The notes beneath the pieces were generated by a model. It was not told the origin of the DNA and did not search any database. It saw only the letters and a program-made list of their open reading frames with translations. Position numbers and translations under genes: made by a program. A stretch of 63,549 nt of DNA, counting the filler, from Octopus bimaculoides (lineage: Eukaryota): NCBI RefSeq assembly GCF_001194135.2. It is 6 parts of 6 records of this genome, joined end to end, with 100 filler letters (N's around TTAATTAATTAA, not from the genome) between each part and the next. Parts side by side here need not be neighbours in the genome. Positions count along the whole stretch, not along the records: positions 1 to 19,827 come from NC_068985.1; 5 more parts are not named here. The stretch is one strand, 5' to 3'. This document shows positions 1-12,770 of this stretch, in pieces (position 1 is the stretch's first letter; the number at the start of each line of letters is the position of its first letter).

Positions 1-821
1 AAATGACAGCAACAGACTGCAGCAATTCACCACATTCCAGAAGCTACTTTGAACATAATGCAAAATGGTGCATCAACATCTTCTGCCCAATCTAATAGAA
101 TTCTGGCAGAACTGTGTAGCAACAGATCGCCAGCAATTGCTTCATCACAAATTGCCGTCATGCGATAAGGGATTACCCTGCTATGTATAATCAGGGCAGC
201 GCAAAAATTGTTTTGCACAAGCATTACTTTAGCCAATTAGACGGATGAAATTTATGTACGCTTAATAATGTTACGCAAAACAGCCTTCAGACTTTCCCTA
301 TTAATTACATCGTCTTTTGAATTATGAACATATTTACATCATAAGGGTTTTTTCGTTGTAAGGCTTTCTTTTTNNNNNNNNNNNNNNNNNNNNNNNNNNN
401 NNNNNNNNNNNNNNNNNNNNNNNNNNNNNNNNNNNNNNNNNNNNNNNNNNNNNNNNNNNNNNNNNNNNNNNNNNNNNNNNNNNNNNNNNNNNNNNNNNNN
501 NNNNNNNNNNNNNNNNNNNNNNNNNNNNNNNNNNNNNNNNNNNNNNNNNNNNNNNNNNNNNNNNNNNNNNNNNNNNNNNNNNNNNNNNNNNNNNNNNNNN
601 NNNNNNNNNNNNNNNNNNNNNNNNNNNNNNNNNNNNNNNNNNNNNNNNNNNNNNNNNNNNNNNNNNNNNNNNNNNNNNNNNNNNNNNNNNNNNNNNNNNN
701 NNNNNNNNNNNNNNNNNNNNNNNNNNNNNNNNNNNNNNNNNNNNNNNNNNNNNNNNNNNNNNNNNNNNNNNNNNNNNNNNNNNNNNNNNNNNNNNNNNNN
801 NNNNNNNNNNNNNNNNNNNNN

Positions 822-2080
822 NCGAATAGTTTTTACGTACTAGCAGGGTGTGTTAAAAATAGCAAGCAAATCATTAGAGCTGAGATACGTTGAATACGCA
901 CCAAAAAATATTTGTAATGGTTTCCTTTGCGTCGATCTTTCGCATTGACTCTCAGAACTGTCATCCAGATCAGCTGGTTTTGTTTGATAATTTCCGTAAA
1001 AATATTTTAGTTATTTACTTTTGTTTTATAGTGAAAGAGAGGAGAAAGTGATGCATGTATGTTCACGTATATGAAATGGCTGTGTGTGTTTGTGTGCGTG
1101 TAAGATAGATAGAGAGATAGGGAGGGAGGGAGAGAGTGAGAGAGAGACAGTGCACTTACACATACATGAGAACACGCGTTCATTCACTCACTCTCTCTTA
1201 CACACACACACATACACAGGTACATACAAAAAATACGTACGCATATGCAATGATGTATGTATGTATACATGACAACACACCCCTTCACTCACTCTCTTTT
1301 CCTTTCACTCTCGTCTGCTGTCTCCTTTTCTCTCTCTCTCTCTCTCTTTCACACGCACGTCCTTTTCATATACACGTATATACATCTTTCACTTTCTCCT
1401 GTCTTTTCATTTAAAGTAATATTAAATAAAACATTTTAAAATCCCTTACAGAAATTAACGAACTCCTGATGACTGTTTTGTTAGTCAAAGCGAAACATCC
1501 CTATTTACTTTACAAATAAATTATATTTTTGAAATAACATTCAGTTCAAAATATTTCTAAATCATTACTTTTGTTTTATAGTGAAAGAGAGGAGAAAGTG
1601 ATGCATGTAGGTTCACGTATATGAAATGGCTGTGTGTGTTTGTGTGCGTGTAAGATAGATAGAGAGATAGGGAGGGAGGGAGAGAGTGAGAGAGAGACAG
1701 TGCACTTACACATACATGAGAACACGCGAAGTTTTATTTTCCTTAGAGAATGCGAAGACTATGTGTGCGCATATGTCACAGATAGGAGATCCGGTGTTTG
1801 CGTTGTCTGACACGCCATGACATTCATTATATGTGTGTGTATTCTGTAAGTGTGTATGTGTGTTGACGTCACGGAAGCCATGTGATTTTTGTCAAGAAAT
1901 ATCAACCAGAAATTGTGTTTAATCGTTTTCATTAATAAACAGAGGTCGAAATATGAAAACAATTTTACTGCGCTGCCAAGTATGAACATAAAGAAGCAAC
2001 ACAAATTCAGAAAACATATACTATTTCTGAGATATATCGAGTACAAAACAACATCTCAAGAGTTTTAGTATTATTAAGAT
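822..2080. mobile_element. Unclassified non-autonomous interspersed repeat with internal microsatellites and an internal ~165-bp direct duplication (possibly Helitron/Helentron-like)
   Basis: 1013-1178 and 1565-1728 are near-identical direct copies. Internal (GA)/(GT)/(CA) tracts; ends ...TTTTAGTATTATTAAGAT. Family assignment is inference only. Confidence 0.35.
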
Positions 2081-2218
2081 GTACAGATACACGGACACAC
2101 TCATGCCTCCAAACATAAATATATGTACGCATATACATATATGCACATCTATATCTATATCTACCAATATACTTATGCATGTACACCTCTCTTTCACTTT
2201 CTCCCTCTATGTATAATG

Positions 2219-2255
<37 letters not shown>

Positions 2256-2429
2256 AAGTAAAGAAGTAAGATACCGCACGAGTTGAAATATATATGAAAG
2301 AAGGTTTGAAAATGCAATTTTAAAGATGTTTCTTCACTTGACTGACATTTTACTTTTGACAATCTTTTTCTAAAAAATGTGAAACCGGTCAAGTGAATAA
2401 ACATCTTTAAAATTGCATTTTCAAACATT

Positions 2430-2698
2430 CATTTGTAAGCCTAGTACTTATTCTATCGGTCTCTTTGCCGAACCGCTAATTTACGGGGACATAAACACAC
2501 CAGCATCAGTTGTCAAGCGAAGGTGATGGGACAAACACAGACAGACAAACATATTGAAACACACACACACATACACACCCACACACACACACACCCGCAC
2601 AAACATATATATACTTATATATACGACAGGCTTCTTTCAGTTTCCGGCTACCAAATCCACTTACAAGGCTTTGGCTGACTGGAGACTATAGTAGAAGG

Positions 2699-2701
<3 letters not shown>
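2430..2701 (-). mobile_element. SINE family B copy (tRNA-like head, internal microsatellite, tail ...GACTGAAACAAGTAAAAGA)
   Basis: Reverse complement matches the other family B copies in the window (61680-62034, 26620-26830). Confidence 0.85.
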
Positions 2702-2752
<51 letters not shown>

Positions 2753-2764
2753 ATGTGTGTATGT

Positions 2765-2975
2765 ATTTCTGTACCTGTGTTTGTCCCCCTACCATCACTT
2801 AGCAACTGATGCTCGTGTGTTGACGTCCCTGTAACTTTGCTGTTCTGCAAAGATACCGAGAGCATAAATACTTGGCTTAAAAAGTTAATTCCTGGGGTCA
2901 GTTTGTTCGACTAAAAAAGGCGTTGGTCTAGCATCGCCGCAGTCATATGACTGAAACTAGTAAAAGAGTAAAAGA
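2765..2975 (+). mobile_element. SINE family B, 3' half, inverted relative to 2430-2701
   Basis: Contains GTTTGTCCCC...CCTGGGGTCAGTTTGTTCGACTAA...GACTGAAACTAGTAAAAGA. Confidence 0.8.
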
Positions 2976-2994
2976 AGAAAAGAATATATATATA

Positions 2995-3200
2995 TAACCT
3001 CGTGGGCATCGGTACCATTTTCCTCTTTCTCCGTTCTTCCATTCTCCGAACTTTCCATCTTTCCGACGAAGGGCTACGCCCGAAACGTCATACACTCTCT
3101 CTTTCCTTTCCTGAGCGTCCAATAATACTATCCATATCACGTCCTCACCTTGTTGTTTTTTTGTTTTTTTGTTATTGATTTTTTTAACTATATATATATG
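2995..3200 (+). mobile_element. Penelope-like pseudo-LTR segment
   Basis: Pyrimidine-rich segment carrying a hammerhead motif, directly upstream of a GIY-YIG fragment. Confidence 0.6.
3060..3092 (+). ncRNA. Minimal type-I hammerhead ribozyme motif (core CCGACGA, GUC triplet); stem I degraded
   Basis: CCGACGA-A-GGGC(uac)GCCC-GAAA-C-GUC. Stem II is perfect; stem I pairing is poor. Confidence 0.6.
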
Positions 3201-3204
3201 CCGA

Positions 3205-3542
3205 TCAAGCCATACCGGCCCATATATGAACACAAAAACAGGGAAAATATTCACCAATGCGAACATGAACTGCAAAAGTAGAAATCTAATCTACTGCACC
3301 AAATGCCCTAATTGTGAAGAATTGTACGTTGGCCAGACAGGTAATGCACTATCGGAACGCTCACGGGTACATCGACAACAGATTAAAAACCCAGAAGTCC
3401 GCCAAATACCACTGAGTAACCATCTAGCAACATGTGGTCATCAAACTTTTATTATATTTCCATTCCATAAACTTTACAACCGGAATGAAATTGAAAGAAA
3501 ATGCAAAGAAAAGGACTTTATTAAGAAATTCAAACCCACTCT
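3205..3542 (+). mobile_element. Penelope-like element GIY-YIG endonuclease fragment, running into an N gap
   Basis: Translation NMNCKSRNLIYCTKCPNCEELYVGQTGNALSERSRVHRQQI...ERKCKEKDFIKKFKPT has the PLE-type LIY-C-x2-C...YVGQT and R-x3-H signature. Confidence 0.9.
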
Positions 3543-4477
3543 NNNNNNNNNNNNNNNNNNNNNNNNNNNNNNNNNNNNNNNNNNNNNNNNNNNNNNNNNN
3601 NNNNNNNNNNNNNNNNNNNNNNNNNNNNNNNNNNNNNNNNNNNNNNNNNNNNNNNNNNNNNNNNNNNNNNNNNNNNNNNNNNNNNNNNNNNNNNNNNNNN
3701 NNNNNNNNNNNNNNNNNNNNNNNNNNNNNNNNNNNNNNNNNNNNNNNNNNNNNNNNNNNNNNNNNNNNNNNNNNNNNNNNNNNNNNNNNNNNNNNNNNNN
3801 NNNNNNNNNNNNNNNNNNNNNNNNNNNNNNNNNNNNNNNNNNNNNNNNNNNNNNNNNNNNNNNNNNNNNNNNNNNNNNNNNNNNNNNNNNNNNNNNNNNN
3901 NNNNNNNNNNNNNNNNNNNNNNNNNNNNNNNNNNNNNNNNNNNNNNNNNNNNNNNNNNNNNNNNNNNNNNNNNNNNNNNNNNNNNNNNNNNNNNNNNNNN
4001 NNNNNNNNNNNNNNNNNNNNNNNNNNNNNNNNNNNNNNNNNNNNNNNNNNNNNNNNNNNNNNNNNNNNNNNNNNNNNNNNNNNNNNNNNNNNNNNNNNNN
4101 NNNNNNNNNNNNNNNNNNNNNNNNNNNNNNNNNNNNNNNNNNNNNNNNNNNNNNNNNNNNNNNNNNNNNNNNNNNNNNNNNNNNNNNNNNNNNNNNNNNN
4201 NNNNNNNNNNNNNNNNNNNNNNNNNNNNNNNNNNNNNNNNNNNNNNNNNNNNNNNNNNNNNNNNNNNNNNNNNNNNNNNNNNNNNNNNNNNNNNNNNNNN
4301 NNNNNNNNNNNNNNNNNNNNNNNNNNNNNNNNNNNNNNNNNNNNNNNNNNNNNNNNNNNNNNNNNNNNNNNNNNNNNNNNNNNNNNNNNNNNNNNNNNNN
4401 NNNNNNNNNNNNNNNNNNNNNNNNNNNNNNNNNNNNNNNNNNNNNNNNNNNNNNNNNNNNNNNNNNNNNNNNNNNNN

Positions 4478-4528
<51 letters not shown>

Positions 4529-5092
4529 AATGCAACGCGAAGGAATGCAACTCCCAAAGCTAGCCACCTAAAAGCTGACTGAACGGTAATTAATGCAATA
4601 ATATGCACCCTTTACTCATCAGTACACGTATGGTCATGGCACATAAAAATAAACAAAAATATCAACATACCAGACGAAAACTGCATGTATTCAGCATAGT
4701 ACATAGAAAATTGTTTATCCCTATATATCTATGTAAGAGGCGGACTTTTCGAATTGCATCTCGGTACATGTGTTTTTTTCAGAATAAAATTCAGCACTGA
4801 ATATTCTCATTATATTTATAATTCAATAATAGGATAAAGTGTTTGTAAGAATTTATCAATCCCTNNNNNNNNNNATATATATAACGTTGAGGGGGTATTG
4901 GATTTAACGAAACCCAAGAGGATACAGGTAATACCGAGTAAGTACTGTATACCGACTAGTTTGCCCCAGTCGTTGTATGAACAGGATTGGGTATTATAAG
5001 TGTGTATTAGCGTGTGTATATGTAAATATATAAAAAATAATAAAAAGATGAAGAGAGCAATGGTAAGGTTGGAGAAGTATTTTATGGATAGA

Positions 5093-5141
5093 GTCTTACA
5101 GCTGTTTCTGGGAAAATCCAGTACTTCCCTTCATCGGAGAC
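5093..5141 (-). ncRNA. Minimal type-I hammerhead ribozyme (inverted pLTR copy)
   Basis: Reverse complement: GUCU-CCGAUGA-A-GGGAAG(uacuggau)UUUCCC-A-GAAA-C(AGCU)G-UA-AGAC. Confidence 0.75.
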
Positions 5142-6204
5142 AGAAAAAATAAAGTAGTCTATTATTATATCCATAGGCGGATATTTTTAGTATGAAGTGG
5201 TAAAGAGTGTGATGTGCTGAAAAAAGAGAAAACAGTACTTGATGTGTAGTTTCATTCCAGTAGTAAATATCCGTGTAGAAATCCGTATAAAGTTAACCTT
5301 GTGGAGATAATCCGGAAATTTATGTTGGAGCGAAAGTTGATATAGCATAGATAGCAGAGGTACATTTAGGTTCTATCACAAGCAAAATTGCACAAACGAT
5401 TACGCAACATAATCACACAACCCCCCACAGGCAACCTATTCAACCTGGCAAAAACATCCATCTTTCACCATCTTTTGAATATGATTATTTCCTTTCGATC
5501 ATCTCACCACGCATATACGCCCAAATCTATTTCTTCTACTCTCAAATTTACAAGAATACCACCAATGCATACAGACTACGTCACTCCTTTCAATCCCTTT
5601 CCACTGTCTATAAATAGGCTTGGCTGCATCCTAAAATAGGATACTACTAACTACCTTTCCCACCCATCCCTTCCCTTTATCTCTGTCCTTGGTTTATCAC
5701 TCATACCCCCACCACCTCTATACTACACACACGCATTCCTTCCTACTCACTAGACTTTTTAATCTCATCCCCCTATTCCTCCTTCACTCTATATGCTCAT
5801 CCCCTCTACCCTATAAAATCAACTGACCATAAATATACCGCTACCATCCTCCACCTCTATCTCTCCTCTATCCCCTTTCACATTCTGTCTTCATGACTTG
5901 ACCTAATTACTGCTCACTTTTCACTTGACTTGGCCATTCTTCAAGTAAAGGAAGCAAAAATCCATCGCAATATGGAATATATGTACCTCTGCTATCTATG
6001 CTATATCAACTTTCGCTCCAACATAACTTTCCGGATTATCCCCACAAGGATAACTTTACACGGATTTCTACACGGATATTTACAACTGGAATGAAACTAC
6101 ACTTCAAGTACTGTTTTCTCTTTTTTCAGCACATCACACTCTTTACCACTTCATACTAAAAATATCCGCCTATGGATATAATAATAGATTACTTTATTTT
6201 TTCT

Positions 6205-6253
6205 GTCTCCGATGAAGGGAAGTACTGGATCTTCCCAGAAACAGCTGTAAGAC
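6205..6253 (+). ncRNA. Minimal type-I hammerhead ribozyme with palindromic stem III
   Basis: GUCU/AGAC stem I, core CCGAUGA, GGGAAG/CUUCCC stem II, GAAA, AC-AGCU-GU stem III, GUA cleavage triplet. Confidence 0.8.
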
Positions 6254-6344
6254 TCTATCCATAAAATATTTCTCCAACCTTACCATTGCTCTCTTTATCT
6301 TTTTATTATTGTTTATATATTTACATATATATATATATATTCTT

Positions 6345-6545
6345 TTATTCTATTTTTCTTTTATTTGTTGTCAGTCATTAGACTGTGGCCATGTTGTAGC
6401 ACCGCCTTAAAGGGTGGTGATCGAAGAAATCGACTCCAGAACATACTCTTTGTTAGCTTAGTACAGTTATTATAGGCTCTTTTGCCGAACCATTATATTA
6501 CCAGCCATAACCACACCATTATCTGTTGTGAAGCACAGACACACA
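6345..6545 (-). mobile_element. SINE family B, 3' part
   Basis: GTCAGTCATTAGACTGTGGCCATG...GCCGAACC...CACAGACACAC matches the other copies. Confidence 0.75.
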
Positions 6546-6583
6546 AACACACAAATATATACATATCTATACACACACATGCA

Positions 6584-6647
<64 letters not shown>

Positions 6648-7181
6648 CATTGTAGTTGTTTGAGTCTCCCTTAGCTGTTTTCTAAGAATCAATCTAGAAG
6701 AGAGGTACACTGGTGTGTTTTACATCGTTGCTGGTCAACTTGCTTCGGCGTGTCATTACATCGTAATTACGGAAACACAAATAATTGCTTATGTGTTGTA
6801 CAAGCGTATATCACAATATTTTAGTGATATAGAGACGTCCCCTTATCAACAAATTACTTATCATTTGACATTCTAGATAATGAATTCTTATGACGATAGA
6901 TGGCTGGTGATAAGTGCAGATCTAAACAGTTGGAAGTGCAGTTAGAAAGCACGCGGAAGTCATATGTATCATTAAAAAAATACCACTTAGAATGAAGAGG
7001 AACAATAAGAGATAGTCAGTCTGGGCAAAATACTCCATAAGGTCTCTGTTGCTATGCCAGGCTAACCATATTACTTAGATTAGTGAAGAACTGCAGGTAA
7101 TCATGTGGTAAGCTCCTAGTTTACGGATCATTAATATTCAGTATTGTAAACACACACACACACACGCACACCCGCGCGCAG

Positions 7182-7214
<33 letters not shown>

Positions 7215-7849
7215 CACACATACACACATATATATATAACAACATAGATATATACAGGATGGTGTAAAAGTTTGTATACTGTTATGTAAAAAGAAGACAC
7301 GTATAATCCTCATTTATTTTTATCAAAAAAATTAAAATTTACGATAAAAGTATTGTTATAGTTATGATAAATGTATTTTGATTAATGATACTGAAAATAT
7401 CGAAAGCGATNNNNNNNNNNNNNNNNNNNNNNNNNNNNNNNNNNNNNNNNNNNNNNNNNNNNNNNNNNNNNNNNNNNNNNNNNNNNNNNNNNNNNNNNNN
7501 NNNNNNNNNNNNNNNNNNNNNNNNNNNNNNNNNNNNNNNNNNNNNNNNNNNNNNNNNNNNNNNNNNNNNNNNNNNNNNNNNNNNNNNNNNNNNNNNNNNN
7601 NNNNNNNNNNNNNNNNNNNNNNNNNNNNNNNNNNNNNNNNNNNNNNNNNNNNNNNNNNNNNNNNNNNNNNNNNNNNNNNNNNNNNNNNNNNNNNNNNNNN
7701 NNNNNNNNNNTATATATATATATATATATGTATATATATAACACTCACAAGATGCAAACAGCACGTATATGATAATAATGCAGTTAATAAAGATAAACAT
7801 AACGATGACAACGCTGATGATGATGATGATGATGATTATGTTCTGACGC

Positions 7850-8474
7850 ACTACCAATGGCCATCATACCCGGATGCAGTACAAGGCAGTGGCTCTCATG
7901 GCTTCTGATCTTAATTGATTGAAAGTGTTATCATGTACATTGTTTTATATTGGTATAAAAGATGGGCTACTGCAAATATTCTGCTTAATACCACAGATTT
8001 GTTTGTCAGTTGTTTGACCTTAACCAGCTGAGCATGTCCCTTAGTGGCTGACGATATGTGTATCTATGATCACGAGTAGAAATAGTGGGGGAGTATGATA
8101 GCCATGTGTTCAGAGGAATTCTTTGGGGTTTGAATAATTCACCTTTGGAAACATGGGTGTTTTGCTCAACATCCTTAAACAAACCTTATTCAGGGNNNNN
8201 NNNNNATGGGTGTTTTGCTCAACATCCTTAAACAAACCTTATTCAGGGACCTTTTGAGCAGGATGGGCTACCTGACCTGAAGAAAATTCTAACTGGGCTC
8301 CACATGCGAGGTCATACGCTGTTTATCTTGACATGAGATCACCATATCGCGCACATATGGTTGTGATGCATGTGCCTGGTGTACCCTTATCAGACAGGTA
8401 GTCATGATGGGTATACTGGGCTTCGTATATTTTACCCCCGTGTCACATTGATGGCATGCACTGCTCCCTCACTC
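7850..8474 (+). mobile_element. Unclassified interspersed repeat ending in an (AAT)n tail (probable LINE 3' UTR)
   Basis: Non-coding complex sequence ending ...GCACTGCTCCCTCACTC, followed directly by (AAT)n. Confidence 0.4.
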
Positions 8475-8481
8475 AATAATA

Positions 8482-8570
<89 letters not shown>
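8475..8570. repeat. (AAT)n microsatellite
   Basis: About 30 near-perfect units seen directly. Confidence 0.98.
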
Positions 8571-8574
<4 letters not shown>

Positions 8575-9650
8575 CCAACCTCAAAAAACTCTACCAAGAA
8601 CTGGGTAAAAATAAAATAGACATTACTGTAGCACCAACAGCAGAAGAACTGGAAGACTTCTGGAAACAAATATGGTCGGTGAAGCAACAACCCCAGAAAA
8701 GGACCATTAAAACAACGAACTTAGCACCTGAGCAACTCTGGACCCCTATAACAACTGAAGAGGTCACCCATATACTGCAAAGACTAAGCAACTGGAAGGC
8801 ACCTGGGCACGACAAGATCCCCAACTTCTGGTTAAAACACCTGACAGGAATGCACAAAGAGCCGGCAGAAAACTTTAACAACATACTAGCAGAGTCAGAG
8901 ACAATTCCTGAATGGCTCACGAAAGGGAAAACCATCTTAATTCCCAAATCCACGTAAACGAGAAACCAGAAAACTACAGACTTATAACCTGTTTCCTACG
9001 ATCTACAAAGCCTTTACTGCAATGATATCGCAGAGATTGAGTAAGCACCTGGAAAATAACAACCTGTTTCCAGAAGAGCAGAAGGGATGCTGCAAGGGCT
9101 CATACGGCTGTAAAGATCAATTATTAATCAATAAAGCCATAACTGAAGACAGCCGCAGAAAGAAGAAAGGCCTACCAAAAGGATTTCGACAGTGTTCCCC
9201 ACACGTGGATTCTCGATACACTAGCTATAAACAAGGTGGCACCAATTGTTATAAAATACATAAGATACTCCATGCCAGACAGTGCTACAGCTCCAAACAA
9301 AAGAGGGACATGTGAAATCGAAAGCCATACCCATTGGAAGAGGAATATTCCAGGGAGACACGCTCTCTCCAAGCCTGTTCTGCCTCGCATTCACACCTTT
9401 AACTGAATTGCTAAATAGAACTGGATGCGGATACAAATGTTACGGAAAAACAGTCAGCCACCTTTTATATATGGAAGACCTAAAATTATACGCCAGAAAT
9501 GACAAATAGCTGGAAACACTACTACAGACTCTACATGGCTTTACCAAGGAAATAGATATGAAATTCGGATTAGAAAAATGTGCCAAAGCAACCATGAAAA
9601 GAGGAAAATTAGTTAAAAGCAGCAACATCACACTAGATAAAGCCAATGAA
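8571..9650 (+). mobile_element. R4/Dong-clade non-LTR retrotransposon, reverse-transcriptase fragment (pseudogenised)
   Basis: NWKAPGHDKIPNFWLK, PEWLTKGKTILIPK, FPEEQKGC..GCKDQLLINKAI, GIFQGDTLSPSLFCLA, HLLYMEDLKLYA (YMDD changed to YMED), MKFGLEKCAK. Stops and frameshifts present. Confidence 0.88.
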
Positions 9651-9849
9651 GTATCCACAGGCACACCTGGTAATTACCTCAGTAAGTATGGTCTTTAGTA
9701 TAAGGTATACGGCAGCAGGTAATTTAAAAAGGTAAATCGTATTTTAATGTACATATAGACGATAAGAAAATGGAGGAAAAACAACAAATAGAAGTGTATC
9801 TTTGGTGCTAACAAGCTGTTATTTAATTAGTTAAGCAAATAGTCGAAAT

Positions 9850-10000
9850 GTATAGAAAACAAAGACAAAGGCAGGTGTAGGAAAAACAAACAAGTGTATT
9901 AGTTTGACTCTCGGGGAAAATGGAAAAGTCTTTTAACTTTCGGTCCTACAGAACGGACTAAGTGGAAACGTACAGAGAGCGAAAGATAAAAAATATGTTG
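9850..10000 (-). mobile_element. Penelope-like pLTR remnant, same family as 33640-33790 and 54375-54480
   Basis: Reverse complement GTCC...GGACCGAAAGTTAAAAGACTTTTCC...AACTAATACACTTG. The hammerhead core is decayed. Confidence 0.5.
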
Positions 10001-10569
10001 AGTTCAGTGGTCCAATGCATAGAAATGTATGAATATTAAAAGAGACTTATTCGCAATTACAACCGTAAGACATCACTAAAATACTACAGTTACTATTTAG
10101 CACCTGCATTGCTAGAAATAAGAATCAAAATAACTCTTAGCCAAGAGAAAGCATTTGTCGTATCACTGACAGGTGATGCTAGCTCCTTACATCACCCGGG
10201 ACATAGCCAGATCACCAGTGATTTCATATTTCATTAATGCTCGCCAGTGGCTCTCATACAGCTGTCTAGGTTTAAGCTAGCTTGCATTGCTAGTTAATAA
10301 GAATTTCCGTAGAAATTTTACGCTGATTTCGTAAATGGTAAGGAAATCATAGGATGATATGTTTGATAAGATTATTCGATTGCTATATATTACGTATCGA
10401 TAAGATAACATTATCGTTATATATTTCGAGTCCAATATCTACTTGAATGGAATTGAGTTCTGTTTTCAGCGAGACAATGTATAATGCAAAAGAATCTGTT
10501 CAATGCACTATCTAATTTACCGCCCAGCCACTATTGATGAGTGTAAAAGCGTTCAAGAATATTTACTTA

Positions 10570-10740
10570 CAGAGGGGATAAAATAGCCTTTATCATTTAC
10601 TTATTTCAGTCATTAAACTGCGACCGTGCTAGGGTACCGTTATGAAGAATTTTACTTGATCTGATCGTCTCCAGTGCTTATTTAGTAAGTCGGGTACTTA
10701 GTCTATTGACTTTTTTGACAAGCGGCAAGGTTACAGCTAT
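10570..10740 (-). mobile_element. Diverged SINE family B copy
   Basis: TTATTTCAGTCATTAAACTGCGACCGTGCT... resembles the family B tail. Confidence 0.6.
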
Positions 10741-11199
10741 ATAAGCTATTCAGATAATAAATGAATGAGAATATTCAAATGTAAGGGGAAGAGATGACTG
10801 TAAAGAAGAAAATAGATTTGATATAGAACTTCTGATTTCTCCAAGGAATGCACTACAAATTTAAAATATAACAAAATTCATTCAAATAGGCTAAAGAATA
10901 TGGTGTCAGACGAAAATAATATCTCAAAACCAAAATTAAACACGTGCTATAAGGGAAATAATGTTAAAAACATATGCAATTATTTGTTAAAAACCTCTTT
11001 TCAGTTGAAAACACAATAATTGATCGGTGTATGTGAAAGAAATAAATTGAAAGAAAGAAAACGTTATCGAGAATTTTCAATGATTGTATGTTATGACAGC
11101 CTAAAAGTAAATTGTTGAACAAACGTTAAACATTCAAATCTAAGAATTAGATTGATGATAACGGTTTCAAAATTTTAGGTACAATGACAGTAGTTTTGA

Positions 11200-11354
11200 A
11201 GGCGGGTTTAAGTCAATTTCATCCACCCAAAAATTCAAATGGTACTTATTTTATCGACACCGAAAGGATCAAAGGCAAAGTTAACCTCTATGGTATTTGA
11301 AATCAGAACGTAAAGCCGGATGAAATGCCACGATTCTGCCAGCTCACCACCTTA
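11200..11354 (-). mobile_element. SINE family A (tRNA-derived head GGCGAGCTGGCAGAATCGTTAGCA...GTTCAAATTCC)
   Basis: Matches more than 10 copies in the window; carries Pol III A/B-box-like motifs. Confidence 0.8.
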
Positions 11355-11662
11355 GACGGTAGGAATATAATTTTGTTTATAGAAGGACATCTTACTAGTT
11401 TAGGCCATGATGGACAATTGCATTTATAAAGAATACCTGCAGAAATAAAAAAAAAAACTCGTTAACAATACTTTGTATTGACAACTAACACACTTTGTAT
11501 GCTAGTAAAACAACGTGAACCTTATTTTATGTCAATTTAGTATAGTTTCTAAACAATAGATAAAGTAAGCTGTAATCGCACAGTAAACAATTTACATTTT
11601 ATCAGGCTATTTCCGTTTATTGTCTAGTTGGTATACGACAAAACTATCATATGAATTTGAAT

Positions 11663-11875
11663 GGCAGCGAACCGGCAGAATCGTTAGCACGCTGGACGAA
11701 ATGATTCGCGGTATTTCATCCGTCGCTACGTTCTGAGTTCAAATTCTACCGAGGTCGATTTCGCCTTTCATCCTTTCGTGGTTGGTAAAATATGTACCAG
11801 TGGAACACTGGGGTCAATGTAATCCACTAGTACTTCTCCACCCCTAAATTTCAATCTTTGTGACTATATTAGAAT
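11663..11875 (+). mobile_element. SINE family A
   Basis: TGGCAGCGAACCGGCAGAATCGTTAGCACG...GAGTTCAAATTC...GAGGTCGA. Confidence 0.85.
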
Positions 11876-12770
11876 GTATTATATGAATTTGAATGGGTGT
11901 TATTTTGGGGACGGGAAAAATGTTGAATTTAAGTACTTAAGAGAAGACAACTTCAAGCGTAAATGCGTTAAAAAGTTCTTGATGTCTAATGGTAGACTTG
12001 CCTTGGTTTTCGATTTAACACAATTACACGTGCTTGGATGCCACTTAGAGAATTCGGCCTGTGGGAATTAGTCCATCCTGCTTTATCGTTAATATGAACA
12101 TTTCTTTCTCCTTCAAATCATTCTGGGACGTCAAGAAAAAGGAAATAGCCTTAGGACAAAAAGCAAACACGTGTGAAAATGAAGGAGACTAAATTAAAGA
12201 AATTTTTGGCCACGTAGTCTTTTAACAATAATTTCAAATTTGACATATGCTTTTCTTTGTTCAACCTTTAAATAATGTAGCATTTTAAATCAGATTTTGT
12301 GAAAAACATCTTCACCTTTTTCCATTTCCAGTGTGTTTTATATTAGTATCGATTAATCTCTTTTTGGTGGGTGCAAAATGCATTTTTTGTGCAGTTTAAA
12401 GTAATATTTGAGATTTCACAGTTATACTATTAGTGGGAATCTAATTTTAAAGAATATTTAATTAAATAAATTCATAGAATTCTTCAGAAATCTACTGAAG
12501 CAATGGCCAAATGTATTACTTAATAATTAAAATAAATCAGGCCTCAGAAGATGTCAGTTTCATCTACGAAACAACGCTGACATTCTAAGATACAATAATC
12601 GTAAACGAATCTGTCCTAGGCATCACAGGCAACAACTGTTTTTCATTCTTAGCAATTTTCAATGATATTCCTGGGGCTATCACAATATTAATATCGGTTT
12701 CACGATGATTCGAGAAGATATTTTGTTATTGAGAAAAGTAATCCATAATTTCAAAAGTAACATTTAAAAA

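Larger units (their letters stand above)
4875..6330. mobile_element. Penelope-like insertion with inverted pLTRs: minus-strand pLTR (4875-5365), plus-strand 3' body (5370-5980), plus-strand pLTR (5981-6330)
   Basis: About 5010-5365 is the reverse complement of 5981-6330 (roughly 95% by eye). Each arm holds a hammerhead. The spacer has a weak GIY-YIG C-terminal remnant (HRQPIQ...KNTTNAYRL). Confidence 0.8.

Noticed and set aside
8152-8249. 43-bp direct repeat flanking a 10-N gap
   Set aside because: An unmerged contig overlap.
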